DNA of 64,000 nucleotides from an uncultured Bacteroides sp. (GCA_964528285.1 CAZGRZ010000003.1:813-64812); one strand, 5' to 3'; positions 49,451 to 61,267 are shown, counted from the stretch's first letter. A program made the numbers and translations. Notes: generated by a model from the sequence alone, not told the origin.

Positions 49451-50980
49451 TTGGCGGAAGAAATTATTACTGAACAACTTACCCAGCCTGAAATGGATGA
49501 GTTGGATAAACTCGCTTATACTCATAAGCGCTATCTTGCTCCAAAGGAAATTGCAGCTTTTGTTCTGGTAAATTTCGGATGGAAAAACTTAGACCAATTT
49601 GTTAATGCTTTTAAGGAATTCTTTATGATCCAGTTCCTTAAGCTTAATACAACAGCTTATGCTAATATTAATTTGTTCGCGTCAATTTATGATGCTGCGG
49701 ACGATATGATTTCAGGTCTTATTATTGACCGTACCCGTACAAGATGGGGCAGAATTAAACCATTTTTTATTCTTCCGCTGCCTCTTTGGGTAGCCGGCGG
49801 TGCATTAATGTTCTCCGCACCTAATATCAATGCAAAACAAAAGATTGTATGGGCTGCTTTTGCAGTATTACTCTATGGTCTTGGTATGAGCTATTTCAGT
49901 GCATGGAACCTTATGATTTATAACATCACTCCAAACACTGATGAAAGAGATAATCTCATTACTACAACAAAGTTCTTTGAGCTTTTCGGAACATGGCTTC
50001 CTTCTCTTGTTCCTATACTTGTTACTGTCCTTCCGAAAATAAATAAAAACATTACCATGCAGGGTGTTTATACAGGATTTGCATATTTTATACTAATCCT
50101 CGCAGCTGCTTTTGCTGTTTTCGGCTGTTTTAATATGAGGGAAAGAGTTCCTCTTATGAGCCGTCAGGAAATGAATGAAACCTCTGTTTTTGCTTCAATA
50201 AAAAATATATTTACAAACCGCCCTCTCTTTGCAGTAATTACTGCTAATTTCTTTAATTCATTTAAATCAGTCGGCGGTTCTTCGGAATCATATTTCTGGC
50301 TGAATAATACAGGCTCACTTGCCAATCAGACAATATGCGGTTTGTTTACAGGTGTTCCGAATTACATAATGGTTCCCGTTGCAGCAAAAATGGTAAAAAA
50401 ATTAGGCGGTCGTGCAACATCAATTATTGCAGGTTTCTTTGGTTTTTTCGCATATATTGGATTATTTTTAATAGGCTATCATCCGTTTGGACAGACCTTC
50501 AGTGACCACTATATTTTGAATTTAATATGGGTAATTGCGGCTTTAACTATATGCGGTTTACCGAATAAAATACTTCTTGTAAGCGGACAGATTGTTACTG
50601 CCGAGGCGCTTGACTATATGGAATGGAAACACGGTCTTAGAAATGAGGCACTTGTTACAACTGTTCAAAACTATTTTCAAAAGCTTGCAAACTCAGTAAC
50701 CAGCTGGCTTTCAGGTATGGTGCTTACTTGGATTAATTATATTCCTCTTACCGACTCACTCGGTAATGCGATACCTCAGACAGACCCAAAAATTCTTAAC
50801 GGAATATGGGCAATATTCTGTATTCTTCCTGCTCTTGCCCGCGGACTTTACGGATTATCATTTGTATTCTATAATATTCACGGCGAACTTAAACAGCAGA
50901 TGATTGTTGACCTTGCTGAAAAGCGCGCACAGAGACTTGCCGAACAAAACGAAAAAGATATTGTGAATAAACAGAACTGA
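49451..50980 (+). CDS. MFS transporter, glycoside-pentoside-hexuronide family
   Basis: D...D...G.IIDRTRTRWGR.KPF, DY.EWKHG.R.E; about 12 TMs; TTG start. Confidence 0.88.
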   Translation: MAEEIITEQLTQPEMDELDKLAYTHKRYLAPKEIAAFVLVNFGWKNLDQFVNAFKEFFMIQFLKLNTTAYANINLFASIYDAADDMISGLIIDRTRTRWGRIKPFFILPLPLWVAGGALMFSAPNINAKQKIVWAAFAVLLYGLGMSYFSAWNLMIYNITPNTDERDNLITTTKFFELFGTWLPSLVPILVTVLPKINKNITMQGVYTGFAYFILILAAAFAVFGCFNMRERVPLMSRQEMNETSVFASIKNIFTNRPLFAVITANFFNSFKSVGGSSESYFWLNNTGSLANQTICGLFTGVPNYIMVPVAAKMVKKLGGRATSIIAGFFGFFAYIGLFLIGYHPFGQTFSDHYILNLIWVIAALTICGLPNKILLVSGQIVTAEALDYMEWKHGLRNEALVTTVQNYFQKLANSVTSWLSGMVLTWINYIPLTDSLGNAIPQTDPKILNGIWAIFCILPALARGLYGLSFVFYNIHGELKQQMIVDLAEKRAQRLAEQNEKDIVNKQN

Positions 50981-50983
50981 TAA

Positions 50984-51017
50984 AATAAGTTCCACTGTTT
51001 ATCCGGTGGAACTTATT
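50984..51017 (+). terminator. Intrinsic terminator
   Basis: AATAAGTTCCAC/GTGGAACTTATT followed by T-rich run. Confidence 0.7.
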
Positions 51018-51116
51018 ATTTTTAGAAAAAAATTCTTTATGAAATAAAACAGTTTAATATTATGATTAATTCTATTGAATAATAGTTATATGAAAGGAAT
51101 TTAAAAGGGTGGTTAA

Positions 51117-53150
51117 ATGAATACAATAATTTATATCGCGCCGATTGCCGGTTTTCTTGCATTGATATTTGCTGTTATAACAGCATTTCTAATTAAAAAG
51201 AACGACACCGGAACAGAAAAGATGAAGGAAATTGCAGATGCAATTTCAAAGGGCGCAAACGCTTTTCTTTTCAGTGAATACAAAATCCTTATATTTTTTA
51301 TAACAGCACTGTTTCTGTTAATCGGATTTTTACTTCCAAACGGCTGGCTTACGGGTTTATGTTTTCTTATAGGTGCCGTATTCTCAATTCTTGCGGGATA
51401 TTTTGGAATGTCTGTTGCTACAAAGGCGAATGTCAGAACAGCAAATGCCGCAAGAACAAGCGGAATATCCAAGGCGTTGAGAATTGCATTCAGCGGCGGC
51501 GCCGTAATGGGATTATCAGTTGTTGCTCTCGGAATTATCGGCGTAAGCTTCATTCTTCTGCTGATGATAAAAGATAATCCTGACAAAATCAATATACTGA
51601 CAGGTTTTTCCCTTGGTGCTTCATCAATTGCATTGTTTGCAAGAGTAGGCGGAGGTATATATACAAAGGCTGCCGACGTCGGTGCGGACCTTGTCGGAAA
51701 GGTTGAAGCCGGTATTCCCGAAGATGACCCGAGAAACCCTGCGACAATCGCAGACAATGTAGGCGATAATGTTGGTGATGTAGCCGGTATGGGTGCTGAC
51801 CTTTTTGAATCATATGTCGGCTCAATAATATCTGCTGTTACGCTTTCCGTGCTTTCTTCAAATTCTTCTGATACAAGAAGCACAACATATTTCCCGCTGA
51901 TAATATGCGGTATCGGGATTCTTGCATCAATAATATCAGCATTATTTGTCAACCTCAGCAAGAGCAAAAATCCACAGAAAACACTTAACATCAGCGAATA
52001 TATTGCAACAGGTATCCTCATTATTTCTTCGGCAGTATTGTCATACTATATGCTTGGCTCTCTCAATGCTTTCTGGTGTATCCTTGCAGGGCTTGTCGCA
52101 GGAAGTGCAGTTGGAAAGCTAACAGAAATTTATACATCTGATGAATACAAATCCGTTAGGGAAATCGCAGAAGCATCTAAAACAGGTGCAGCGACAAACA
52201 TTATAACCGGTATGAGTGTAGGTCTTAAGTCAACTGCAATGCCGATTATATTCATTGCAATTGCAATACTCGTTGCATTCAAGTCTTATGGACTTTACGG
52301 CATTGCAATTGCAGCAGTAGGTATGCTGTCAACAACAGGTATTACAGTAGCAGTCGACGCCTACGGTCCTATTGCAGACAATGCAGGCGGTATTGCTGAA
52401 ATGAGCGGACTTGAAAGCAACGTAAGAGAAATTACCGACAAACTTGATTCTGTCGGCAATACAACCGCAGCAATAGGAAAAGGCTTTGCGATCGGCTCTG
52501 CGGCACTTACAGCACTTGCACTATTTGCCTCTTATGCAGAAACAACTCACATTTCCGGCAGCGGTATGAGTATACTTAATGCAAAGGTTGTTGTGGGATT
52601 GTTTATCGGTGCGATGCTCCCCTATCTTTTCTCCGCATTTACTATGAGCAGTGTTGGCAAAGCTGCAAACAAAATGATTGATGAGGTACGCAGACAATTT
52701 AAAGAAAAGCCCGGTATACTTCTCGGTAAAGAAAAACCTGATTACACAAAATGCGTTTCAATTTCAACAAATGCAGCTCTTCACGAAATGGTTATCCCCG
52801 GACTTATGGCAGTTGTTGTACCTTTACTTATAGGCTTCATCCTTGGTGTTGAAAGCCTTGGTGGTCTTCTTGCCGGTGCATTGATTAGCGGTGTTATGAT
52901 GGCAATATTTATGGCAAATTCAGGCGGAGCATGGGACAATGCAAAGAAATATATTGAAGGATTGAAGGAAGGCGGAAAAGGCTCTGAGGCTCATAAATCA
53001 GCAGTAGTTGGCGACACTGTAGGAGATCCGTTTAAAGATACTTCCGGACCTTCAATTAATATTTTAATCAAGCTTATGACGATTGTATCTCTTGTATTTG
53101 CAACAGCATTTATGCTCGTTAATAACGGTAACGGAATAATCCGGTTTTAA
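51117..53150 (+). CDS. hppA: Membrane pyrophosphatase, K+-dependent (probably Na+-translocating)
   Basis: [26 protein letters not shown] (Ala marks the K+-dependent type), [10 protein letters not shown]. Confidence 0.95.
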   Translation: MNTIIYIAPIAGFLALIFAVITAFLIKKNDTGTEKMKEIADAISKGANAFLFSEYKILIFFITALFLLIGFLLPNGWLTGLCFLIGAVFSILAGYFGMSVATKANVRTANAARTSGISKALRIAFSGGAVMGLSVVALGIIGVSFILLLMIKDNPDKINILTGFSLGASSIALFARVGGGIYTKAADVGADLVGKVEAGIPEDDPRNPATIADNVGDNVGDVAGMGADLFESYVGSIISAVTLSVLSSNSSDTRSTTYFPLIICGIGILASIISALFVNLSKSKNPQKTLNISEYIATGILIISSAVLSYYMLGSLNAFWCILAGLVAGSAVGKLTEIYTSDEYKSVREIAEASKTGAATNIITGMSVGLKSTAMPIIFIAIAILVAFKSYGLYGIAIAAVGMLSTTGITVAVDAYGPIADNAGGIAEMSGLESNVREITDKLDSVGNTTAAIGKGFAIGSAALTALALFASYAETTHISGSGMSILNAKVVVGLFIGAMLPYLFSAFTMSSVGKAANKMIDEVRRQFKEKPGILLGKEKPDYTKCVSISTNAALHEMVIPGLMAVVVPLLIGFILGVESLGGLLAGALISGVMMAIFMANSGGAWDNAKKYIEGLKEGGKGSEAHKSAVVGDTVGDPFKDTSGPSINILIKLMTIVSLVFATAFMLVNNGNGIIRF

Positions 53151-53163
53151 GCAATCATAAAGT

Positions 53164-53197
53164 AAGGCACACACTTGAAATCTCAGGTGTGTGCCTT
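53164..53197. terminator. Hairpin between convergent genes
   Basis: AAGGCACACAC/GTGTGTGCCTT. Confidence 0.7.
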
Positions 53198-53203
53198 GTT
53201 AAT

Positions 53204-54949
53204 TTACTTGCTTTCATTCGGAAACTGCGAATTATACAGATTATAATAAAAACCTTTTTTGTTATAAAGTTCTGTATGGTTACCCTTTTCAATAATATTT
53301 CCGTTATTCATTACAATAATTATATCGGCATTCTGAATAGTTGAAAGTCTGTGAGCGACGATAAATGTTGTCCTGCCCTGCATTAATTTATTAAATGCTT
53401 TCTGAATTTTGATTTCAGTCCTTGTATCAATAGAAGATGTTGCTTCATCAAGAATTAAAATCGGCGGAGGTGAAAGCATAAGTCTTGTTATACATAAAAG
53501 CTGTTTCTGTCCCTGGGACAGTGAGCCTCCGTCCTCTCCGATATAGGTGTCATATCCGTTTGGAAGACGTTTGATAAATGAATGGGCATATGATGATTTT
53601 GCCGCATTGATTATTTCTTCATCCGCTGCTTCAGGTTTTGCCAATCTTATGTTATCTTTGATTGTACCGCTCTTAAGCCATGTTTCCTGAAGCACCATAC
53701 CGATATTTTCTCTCAAGGATTTTCTACTTATATCAAGAATGTTTATATTATCAAGACTGATTTCTCCGTCATTTGCATCATAAAAACGCATCAGAAGATT
53801 GATTAGTGTTGTCTTACCGCAGCCTGTCGGTCCAACAATAGCAGCAGTCATACCGGAAGCTATATTTAAGTTAAGGTTGGTAATCAATGGCTTATTGGGT
53901 GAATAGGAAAAATCAAGATTACATATATCAATATTGCCCTTTGGGTTTGAGAGCTGAACAGCATTTTCTTTATCCGGAGCGATACTCTTTTCCTCAATCA
54001 AGGCAAGAACTCTTGACGCACAGGCAAGTGCGTTTTGAAGTTCTGTAACAACGGAGCTTATTTCATTAAACGGTTTTGTATACTGGTTAGCATAAGATAA
54101 GAAGCAAGAGAGAATACCGACTGTTATATTTCCGTTGATACTCATTATTGCCCCAAATAATGCTACAAGAGCATAGACAATGCTGTTTACAAACCGTGTT
54201 CCAGGATTAGTTATAGAAGAAAAGAATATTGCTTTAAGTGAATAATCGGAAAGCCTGTTATTGATATCATCAAATCTCTTCAGATTGTTCTGATTCATAT
54301 TATAGGCATCTGCAACTTTCTGATTTGAAATCATTTCATCAATAAATGAAGTCTGTTCTCCCCTTGTCTGTGACTGCAAAGAAAACATTTTATATGACTT
54401 TTTTGCAATAAATCTTGCAATAAAGAACGAAAGAGGCGTCACAAGAACAACCACCAGGGTTATCCAGACATTGATTGAAAGCATAAAACAAATTGTGCCG
54501 ATAATAGTGACAATTCCCGCAAAAAACTGAGTAAAGCCCATAATAAGTCCATCGGAAAGCTGGTCGACATCGTTGATTACCCTGCTGACAATATCACCGT
54601 TTGAATGAGAATCAAGATATGAGTTTGGGAGATACTGAATTTTATCAAAGGCTTTCTGCCTTAAATCTCTTGAAACATTATATGCAATTTTATTATTGCA
54701 TACATTCATAATCCATTGAATAATTGCCGTAACGGCAATAACAACTGCAAGTTTTATTAATATTGAAATAATATTCCGGAAATCGACATTTCCCTTTGAA
54801 ACAATATTATCAATCGCATTACCGATTAATATCGGAGCATAAAGAGTCAGTGCAACACTGACGAGTGCAAGAAGCATCGATAAAAACAAATAATACTTAT
54901 ACTTACCAATATAATTGATTACCTTTTTTAAAGTCTGCTTACTGTTCAT
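53204..54949 (-). CDS. ABC exporter half (TMD+NBD) with canonical Walker B
   Basis: GPTGCGKT, LSQGQ, LDEATS, AHRL. Confidence 0.93.
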   Translation of the reverse strand: MNSKQTLKKVINYIGKYKYYLFLSMLLALVSVALTLYAPILIGNAIDNIVSKGNVDFRNIISILIKLAVVIAVTAIIQWIMNVCNNKIAYNVSRDLRQKAFDKIQYLPNSYLDSHSNGDIVSRVINDVDQLSDGLIMGFTQFFAGIVTIIGTICFMLSINVWITLVVVLVTPLSFFIARFIAKKSYKMFSLQSQTRGEQTSFIDEMISNQKVADAYNMNQNNLKRFDDINNRLSDYSLKAIFFSSITNPGTRFVNSIVYALVALFGAIMSINGNITVGILSCFLSYANQYTKPFNEISSVVTELQNALACASRVLALIEEKSIAPDKENAVQLSNPKGNIDICNLDFSYSPNKPLITNLNLNIASGMTAAIVGPTGCGKTTLINLLMRFYDANDGEISLDNINILDISRKSLRENIGMVLQETWLKSGTIKDNIRLAKPEAADEEIINAAKSSYAHSFIKRLPNGYDTYIGEDGGSLSQGQKQLLCITRLMLSPPPILILDEATSSIDTRTEIKIQKAFNKLMQGRTTFIVAHRLSTIQNADIIIVMNNGNIIEKGNHTELYNKKGFYYNLYNSQFPNESK

Positions 54950-56661
54950 ACCTGTACCTCCTTTCCAAACTGTGAGGTATAAATTTCATTATACACTTCA
55001 CAATTATTGAGAAGGTCATTGTGTTTTCCTTTGCCGACACATTCGCCGTCATCAAGGACTATTATTGTATCTGCGCTCATAACTGATGAAGCACGCTGAG
55101 ATACGATAAATACAGTAGGATTATATGGCAGATTATATATTTCTTTCCTGAGCTTTGCTTCTGTTGCAAAGTCGAGTGCGGATGATGAATCGTCAAGGAT
55201 TAATATTTCAGGGCAGCGTACTAATGCTCTTGCAACGGACAATCTTTGTTTTTGTCCGCCCGAAAGATTAGCACCGTTTTGCTCTATCATAAAATCAAGC
55301 CCGCCTTTATCGGCAATAATATCATAAATCTGTGCTTGCTTTAATGCCGAAATAATATCCTCATCAGAGGCGTCTTTCTTTCCCCATTTTATATTTTCAC
55401 GCACTGTGCCCTTGAACAAAACTGCATTCTGTTGAACATATCCTATATTTTCACGCAGTGTATCGCAGTCAAGGCTTTTAACATCCTTTCCGTCAACATA
55501 GACTGTTCCGTCAGTACAGTCATAGAAATGCGGAATCAATGAAACAAGACTCGACTTACCTGAGCCGGTACCGCCAATTATTCCGATTGTGTCACCTTTA
55601 TTTGCCTTAAAGCTTATTTTATCAAGCGTTTTATCCGAGGCGTTTTTATATGTTAATGAAACATTATCGAACTCAATGAACGATGATACTTCAATTGCGT
55701 TACGGTTCTTTATTAAAGAATTTTCCTGTTCAAAGACATTATTTATTCTGTCAGCAGAGGCGAATGATTTTGTTATATTAACAATAAGGTTTGCAAGCTT
55801 GATAAGTTCAATAAGTATCTGACTCATATAATTATAGAGAGCGACAACTTCACCTTGAGTCAATGTTCCTGTATTTACCTTGACTGCGCCGCTGTAAATC
55901 AGTACGGCTATTGCAATATTTATTATTACATAAGTTATGGGGTTTAGAAGTGCTGAAATTCTGCCGACGCTCTTTTGCAATAATGAAAGCGAATTGTTAC
56001 GTGCTTTAAATTCTTCAATTTCATTTTCTTCATTAGTAAAGGCACGTATAACCTTCGCACCGATCAAATTTTCGCGCGTTATGAGAGTAACACTGTCAAG
56101 CTTATTCTGGACATCTTTATGCTTTGGTATCGTATATGCCATAATACCGAATATAACAATTGAAAGTAAAATGATTGCGATGAGGAAAATCAAAGCACAT
56201 TTAACATCAATTGTGAATGCCATAACCATTGCACCTATAACGATAAACGGAGAACGCAGAAGCAATCTTAATACAAGATTAACACCGTTTTGCACCTGAT
56301 TGACATCATTAGTCATTCTTGTTATCAGCGCTGATGTACCAATAGTATCAAGCTCGCTGAAAGAAAGTGACTGAATTTTTTCATATAGAGAATGTCTGAG
56401 TTTTCTGCCAAAGCCGGTTGCTGCCTTTGCTGCAAAATACTGCGCAGATATTGCAACAATCATACCGACAAGTGCCAGACATCCTAAGACAGCACATCTT
56501 CCTAAAATATAATTTTTATCATTATTTTTAATTCCGACATCAATGATTGATGCAATAACCAAAGGAACAATAAGCTCAAACGATGCTTCAAGTAATTTAA
56601 AAAAGGGAGCAAGCACTGATTGAAGAATATATCCTTTGAGATAAATCAATAGTTTTTTCAA
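54946..56661 (-). CDS. ABC exporter half (TMD+NBD) with degenerate Walker B and switch; heterodimer partner
   Basis: GGTGSGKS, LSGGQ, LDDSSS, SQR instead of AHR; TTG start. Confidence 0.93.
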   Translation of the reverse strand: MKKLLIYLKGYILQSVLAPFFKLLEASFELIVPLVIASIIDVGIKNNDKNYILGRCAVLGCLALVGMIVAISAQYFAAKAATGFGRKLRHSLYEKIQSLSFSELDTIGTSALITRMTNDVNQVQNGVNLVLRLLLRSPFIVIGAMVMAFTIDVKCALIFLIAIILLSIVIFGIMAYTIPKHKDVQNKLDSVTLITRENLIGAKVIRAFTNEENEIEEFKARNNSLSLLQKSVGRISALLNPITYVIINIAIAVLIYSGAVKVNTGTLTQGEVVALYNYMSQILIELIKLANLIVNITKSFASADRINNVFEQENSLIKNRNAIEVSSFIEFDNVSLTYKNASDKTLDKISFKANKGDTIGIIGGTGSGKSSLVSLIPHFYDCTDGTVYVDGKDVKSLDCDTLRENIGYVQQNAVLFKGTVRENIKWGKKDASDEDIISALKQAQIYDIIADKGGLDFMIEQNGANLSGGQKQRLSVARALVRCPEILILDDSSSALDFATEAKLRKEIYNLPYNPTVFIVSQRASSVMSADTIIVLDDGECVGKGKHNDLLNNCEVYNEIYTSQFGKEVQV

Positions 56662-56828
56662 AATTTCACCTTAAATATGATTTTTTCTTATTATAAGATT
56701 ATAAAGAAAAACTGTCAATATTATGAAATAATTTTAAAAAGCCTTGTTTTTTTATATTATTATAGTATTATAATAAATTAGAATTATTTTATAAGCAATT
56801 TACAGGAAAAGAAAGGCAGACAACAATT

Positions 56829-58139
56829 ATGAAAAAATCTCCTGTTACAGCAATAATCGTAGGAGCAGGACATAGGTCGCTTGTATACAGTGAGCTTGCA
56901 AAAACCAATCCTGAATTATTAAAAATCGTCGGTGTTGCCGACCCCAATCCAGTAAGAAGAAAGCACTGCAGGGATTACTTTGGATTTGATGAAAATATGT
57001 GCTTTGAAACCGCACAGGAGCTTGCAGAAAAAGGAAAGCTTGCAGACGCAGTAATTAACGGTACAATGGACGAACAGCACCTTGAAACCTCAATTCCGCT
57101 CTTAAATGCAGGATATGATATGCTGCTTGAAAAGCCTTTTGCAATTAATGAAGAGGAAATGAGAAAAATTATTGACTGTGCAAGAAAAAACAACTCTAAG
57201 GTTATAATTTGCCATGTGCTGAGATATACACCTTTTTATTACAGTATCAAGGAAAAAATTAATAATGGAGAAATCGGTGACATAATCAATATACAGACCT
57301 GTGAACATGTTTCATATCACCATTTATCCACATCATATATAAGAGGAAAATGGGCAAATTCCGATAAGTGCCATACGACAATGCTGCTTGCTAAGTGCTG
57401 TCATGATATTGACCTTATGATGTGGTTTATGAGTGAAACAAAACCTGTTAAAATTTCTTCTTTCGGCAGTAAATATCAGTTCAAGCCTGAAAATGCACCG
57501 AAGGAAGCCGGAACAATATGTATGAAGGACTGCCCACTTGTTGACACTTGTAATTATTCAACAAAGAGATTATACATAGATCATCCTGACAGATGGGCGT
57601 TTTATGTCTGGGATGCTCTTGAAAGCATTGAAAATCCGACAATTGAGGAAAAAATTGCACTTATGAAAAGTGACAATCCATATGCAAGATGTATCTATAA
57701 ATGCGACAACAATGTTGTTGACCACCAGTCAGTGCTGATTAATTTTAAAAGCGGTGCAACAGGAACACACAATATGGTCGGCGGCTCATCTCAATCATTA
57801 AGGAAAATACATATCATTGGCACTAAAGGCGAAATATACGGTAATTTTGAAGAACAAAAATTTTATGTTTCAAAAATTAACCCTTCTCCGAATGCTCATA
57901 ACGGAGAATGTGATATTGAAGAGGTTGACCTGAATGTCCGGGGTGATATGGTTGGCGCATACGGAGGACACGGCGGCGGAGATGAACGGCTGAGTGCCGA
58001 CTTTGTCAAATTCATTAAAGGAGCGAAGCCAAGCCTTGCCTGCACTTCAATCTTTGATTCCGCTGCAGGTCATCTCTGCGTTTATCTTGCAGATAAATCA
58101 AGAGAAAACGGTGGTATGCCTGTTGAAGTTAACTTGTAA
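56829..58139 (+). CDS. Gfo/Idh/MocA family oxidoreductase
   Basis: IVGAGHR, EKP, CHVLRY, KCCHDID, GHGGGD. Confidence 0.9.
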   Translation: MKKSPVTAIIVGAGHRSLVYSELAKTNPELLKIVGVADPNPVRRKHCRDYFGFDENMCFETAQELAEKGKLADAVINGTMDEQHLETSIPLLNAGYDMLLEKPFAINEEEMRKIIDCARKNNSKVIICHVLRYTPFYYSIKEKINNGEIGDIINIQTCEHVSYHHLSTSYIRGKWANSDKCHTTMLLAKCCHDIDLMMWFMSETKPVKISSFGSKYQFKPENAPKEAGTICMKDCPLVDTCNYSTKRLYIDHPDRWAFYVWDALESIENPTIEEKIALMKSDNPYARCIYKCDNNVVDHQSVLINFKSGATGTHNMVGGSSQSLRKIHIIGTKGEIYGNFEEQKFYVSKINPSPNAHNGECDIEEVDLNVRGDMVGAYGGHGGGDERLSADFVKFIKGAKPSLACTSIFDSAAGHLCVYLADKSRENGGMPVEVNL

Positions 58140-58255
58140 TTTTAAAACCGGAATATATTAAAAACTTTTTATACATTCACCTACCTTTTTTTCTTTTCTT
58201 TTTAAATATTGCGTTACTATTTTTCTTTAATTCATAACTGTTTTTTTCCATAAAA

Positions 58256-58302
58256 AACCGACCTCCTTAAGTTAGCATTTCCCTAACTTTTGTGGGTCGG
58301 TT
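58256..58302 (-). terminator. Terminator-like hairpin after ABC operon
   Basis: AACCGACC...GGTCGGTT with inner AAGTTAG/CTAACTT; T-run on minus strand. Confidence 0.6.
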
Positions 58303-58328
58303 CATTATTTGACAGGTGATTGTGATTA

Positions 58329-59102
58329 TTAATTGCCCTTTTCTAAGCTGATTTCATCAAATATTTTAAGTAAATCTTCAACCTTTGCTTTTTCCTTTTC
58401 TTGACCCTTGAGATCAAGAACTATATTGCCATCATGCATCATAATAAGCCTGTTACCAAATTCAACAGCAAACCTCAGGTTATGTGTTACCATCATTGTT
58501 GTGATATTATGCTCAGTTACAAGCTTATCCGTAAGCTGCATTACATTCTCAGACGATTTTGGGTCAAGTGCAGCAATATGCTCATCGAGAATAAGAAGGT
58601 CAACATTTGTCATATTGGCAATAACGAGTGCAAGTGCCTGTCTCTGACCTCCTGATAAAGTTCCTACCTGAACGCCCAATCTGTTTTCAAGTCCCATATT
58701 GCACTGTTCAAGAAGTGATTTATAATAATCAATCCTCTTCTTATTTACACATTTGCCGAGTCCGAAACGACTGTTCTTATTGTCAGCAAGCGCCATATTT
58801 TCAAGAATAGTTAAATCAGCACAAGTACCGATTTTCGGTTCTTGAAATACTCTTCCGATAATTTTTGCTCTTTTATATTCAGAAATATTTGTTATATTCT
58901 TATCATTAAATATAATTTTACCTGAGTCAGGCTTAAGAGACCCGCATATGAGATTAAGCAGTGTTGTTTTGCCGCTGCCGTTTGAACCTATTATTGAAAC
59001 AAATTCACCCTTATTAACCTTAAAATTAAAATTTTCAAACACTGTTGTTTCATCGACAGTGCCGATATTAAATCGTTTTGTTATACTATTTAATTCAAGC
59101 AT
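58329..59102 (-). CDS. ABC importer ATP-binding subunit
   Basis: GSNGSGKT, LSGGQRQ, LDEH.AALDP; start MLELNS overlapping permease stop. Confidence 0.92.
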   Translation of the reverse strand: MLELNSITKRFNIGTVDETTVFENFNFKVNKGEFVSIIGSNGSGKTTLLNLICGSLKPDSGKIIFNDKNITNISEYKRAKIIGRVFQEPKIGTCADLTILENMALADNKNSRFGLGKCVNKKRIDYYKSLLEQCNMGLENRLGVQVGTLSGGQRQALALVIANMTNVDLLILDEHIAALDPKSSENVMQLTDKLVTEHNITTMMVTHNLRFAVEFGNRLIMMHDGNIVLDLKGQEKEKAKVEDLLKIFDEISLEKGN

Positions 59103-60018
59103 CTTTACTTCTCCTTTTTCCGCCTTTTGTTTTGAGTGTACCGCTGAATACAAGAGCAAGCACAAACAAGACAGCCATAAGGAGTTTATTATATTCGCTT
59201 GGAAGTCCAATAACAACTGCAATCTGCAAGCAAGCTTTATATATAATAGTTCCGAGAATTACCATTGTCGTTGCTTTCATAAAACCAACACGTTTAAATA
59301 CAGAAAGACCGATAATAACGCTTGAAAGTCCAAACACAACCATACCGACACCCATTGTTGTATTGGCTGTCTCTGTACTTTGAGCAATAACAGCGCCGCT
59401 TACTGCCGCAAGTCCATTACCGATTGAAAGGCCTAATATCTTTGACATACCTGGATTCCTTGCAAGCATAACAACATATTGCTGATTTGAGCCCGTTGCA
59501 CGCAGAAGCATACCGGACTTTGTCTTGAGATACAAATCAATAATTATTTTCAATACAATAACGAATATAGCAAGAACAATGATTTTTCTTACATTAATTC
59601 CGTTAATATTAGTAGGAAGAACATTTGCTATTCCGCTGTTAAATATAGTCTTTTTACCGAAAATTGACGCAATAGACTGACCACCCGTTCCCGCCTTTAT
59701 TAAAACCAGATTTATTGAAAGCAGTATTGTATAGACTAATATACCCGAAAGCAGCGGCTGAAGCTTCAACTTAACATGGAATATGCCTGTCAGACATCCT
59801 GCAGCCAATCCGCAGGCAAAAGCAATCAAAAGACTGAGCCACGGATTCATTCCCTTTAGTATGAGAACACTGGAAACAATTGCACCGAGCGGCATTGTTC
59901 CGTCAACAGACAAATCAGGGAAATCAAGAATACTATATGCAAGGTAAACACCGAGTGCAAGAATAGCATATTTAAAGCCCTCTTCAAATACAACTTTAAT
60001 AATATTCAAAGTTTCCAT
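59095..60018 (-). CDS. ABC importer permease
   Basis: ILDFPDLSVDG, LLSGIL, LRATG.N, GLSIGNGL. Confidence 0.9.
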   Translation of the reverse strand: METLNIIKVVFEEGFKYAILALGVYLAYSILDFPDLSVDGTMPLGAIVSSVLILKGMNPWLSLLIAFACGLAAGCLTGIFHVKLKLQPLLSGILVYTILLSINLVLIKAGTGGQSIASIFGKKTIFNSGIANVLPTNINGINVRKIIVLAIFVIVLKIIIDLYLKTKSGMLLRATGSNQQYVVMLARNPGMSKILGLSIGNGLAAVSGAVIAQSTETANTTMGVGMVVFGLSSVIIGLSVFKRVGFMKATTMVILGTIIYKACLQIAVVIGLPSEYNKLLMAVLFVLALVFSGTLKTKGGKRRSKDA

Positions 60019-60082
60019 CAATTCACTTCCAATCATACAAAAAGAGCAGAACAGAAGTTCTGCTCATATTTGTGATATATAG

Positions 60083-61090
60083 TTAATTTTCTTCTGCAGT
60101 TACTCTTTGAACATCCGCCATTGAGTCAGGAATAGTAATATTAAGCTTTGAAGCAACCTCTTCGTTAACAACGAGGAACGAATCTGTTACAGTAACAGCA
60201 GGATATGTTGAAGCGTCTTTACCGCCGAGGATATCGACTGCCATCTGACCTGTTTTCTCACCAAGAGCAACATAGTCGATTGATGCAGATGCGATACAGC
60301 CCTTTTTTACCTGCTCAATTTCCGAACCGTAAACAGGGATACCGGCAGCATCTGCCTGTTCAAGGAATACGTTCATATTATCAACAACATTATTGTCAGT
60401 AAGGTTTGTTAGAGCCTCAACCTGCGGAATAAGTGCAGCAGCAGCAGAGGCAAGTTCTGAAGCCTCTCCTATACCCTGTGACTTAAGCTCAATACCGGCA
60501 TCCTTACATTCCTCTTCAAGAGTCTTAAGCTGGCTTATTGAGTTAGCTTCACTTGTTGTATATAAAACGCCAAGAGTTTTAATCTCAGGCTGAAGCTGCT
60601 TGATAAGCTCAATCTGTCCCTTGATGTCAATTGCATCAGCTGTACCCGTGCAATTTTTATTCGGCGTTTCCATAGACTCAACAAGACCTGCGGCAACAGG
60701 ATCGGAAACAGCACAAAATACTACAGGAATATTTGATGAGGCATTCTGAACTGCTGAATAAGCACTCATTGCAGCCGGAGTTGCAACTGCTATAATAAGA
60801 TCATAGTCATTTGCTACCATCTGCTGAGCATAGCTCTGACAGTCAGTATCTGCGCTTCCGCTTGAACCAACCTGAACATCATACTTAATTCCGGCAGCAT
60901 CAAGTGCATTTTTAATACCCTGAGTACAGTTATCAAGGCTTGAATGAGGCATATACTGAAGAATTGCGACCTTTTTATCACTATCTGAATTATCATTGTT
61001 ATCAGTACTGCTTGATGAACATGCTGCAAAAACAGCTGAAATAAATAATACTGAAAGAAATACTGCTAAAATCTTCTTAATATTTTTCAT
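60083..61090 (-). CDS. ABC importer substrate-binding lipoprotein (aromatic amino acid-binding-like family)
   Basis: Lipobox FAAC, QYMPHSSLD, ATP.A, AVSDPVAAGLV, TDN. Confidence 0.88.
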   Translation of the reverse strand: MKNIKKILAVFLSVLFISAVFAACSSSSTDNNDNSDSDKKVAILQYMPHSSLDNCTQGIKNALDAAGIKYDVQVGSSGSADTDCQSYAQQMVANDYDLIIAVATPAAMSAYSAVQNASSNIPVVFCAVSDPVAAGLVESMETPNKNCTGTADAIDIKGQIELIKQLQPEIKTLGVLYTTSEANSISQLKTLEEECKDAGIELKSQGIGEASELASAAAALIPQVEALTNLTDNNVVDNMNVFLEQADAAGIPVYGSEIEQVKKGCIASASIDYVALGEKTGQMAVDILGGKDASTYPAVTVTDSFLVVNEEVASKLNITIPDSMADVQRVTAEEN

Positions 61091-61267
61091 ATAAAAATCC
61101 TCCCTAAAGATTAAAATAATTATAAACCAAGTATCTGATTATGTCAATGTTTTAATTAAATATTAAGATTTATATCTATTAATTATTTATTCAAAAACAC
61201 ACTATTACTTTCTGTTGCGTTGTAATTCTTAAATCTGATGATACTGTATTTATTTCATACTATTCTG

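Noticed and set aside
51131-52021. Long antisense ORF opposite hppA, and similar shadows such as 43107-43721 and 8345-8812
   Set aside because: Antisense shadows of well-supported genes with no recognisable motifs.
60044-60065. Hairpin GAGCAGAAC/GTTCTGCTC inside the ABC operon
   Set aside because: Ordinary attenuating or stabilising hairpin after a substrate-binding protein gene.
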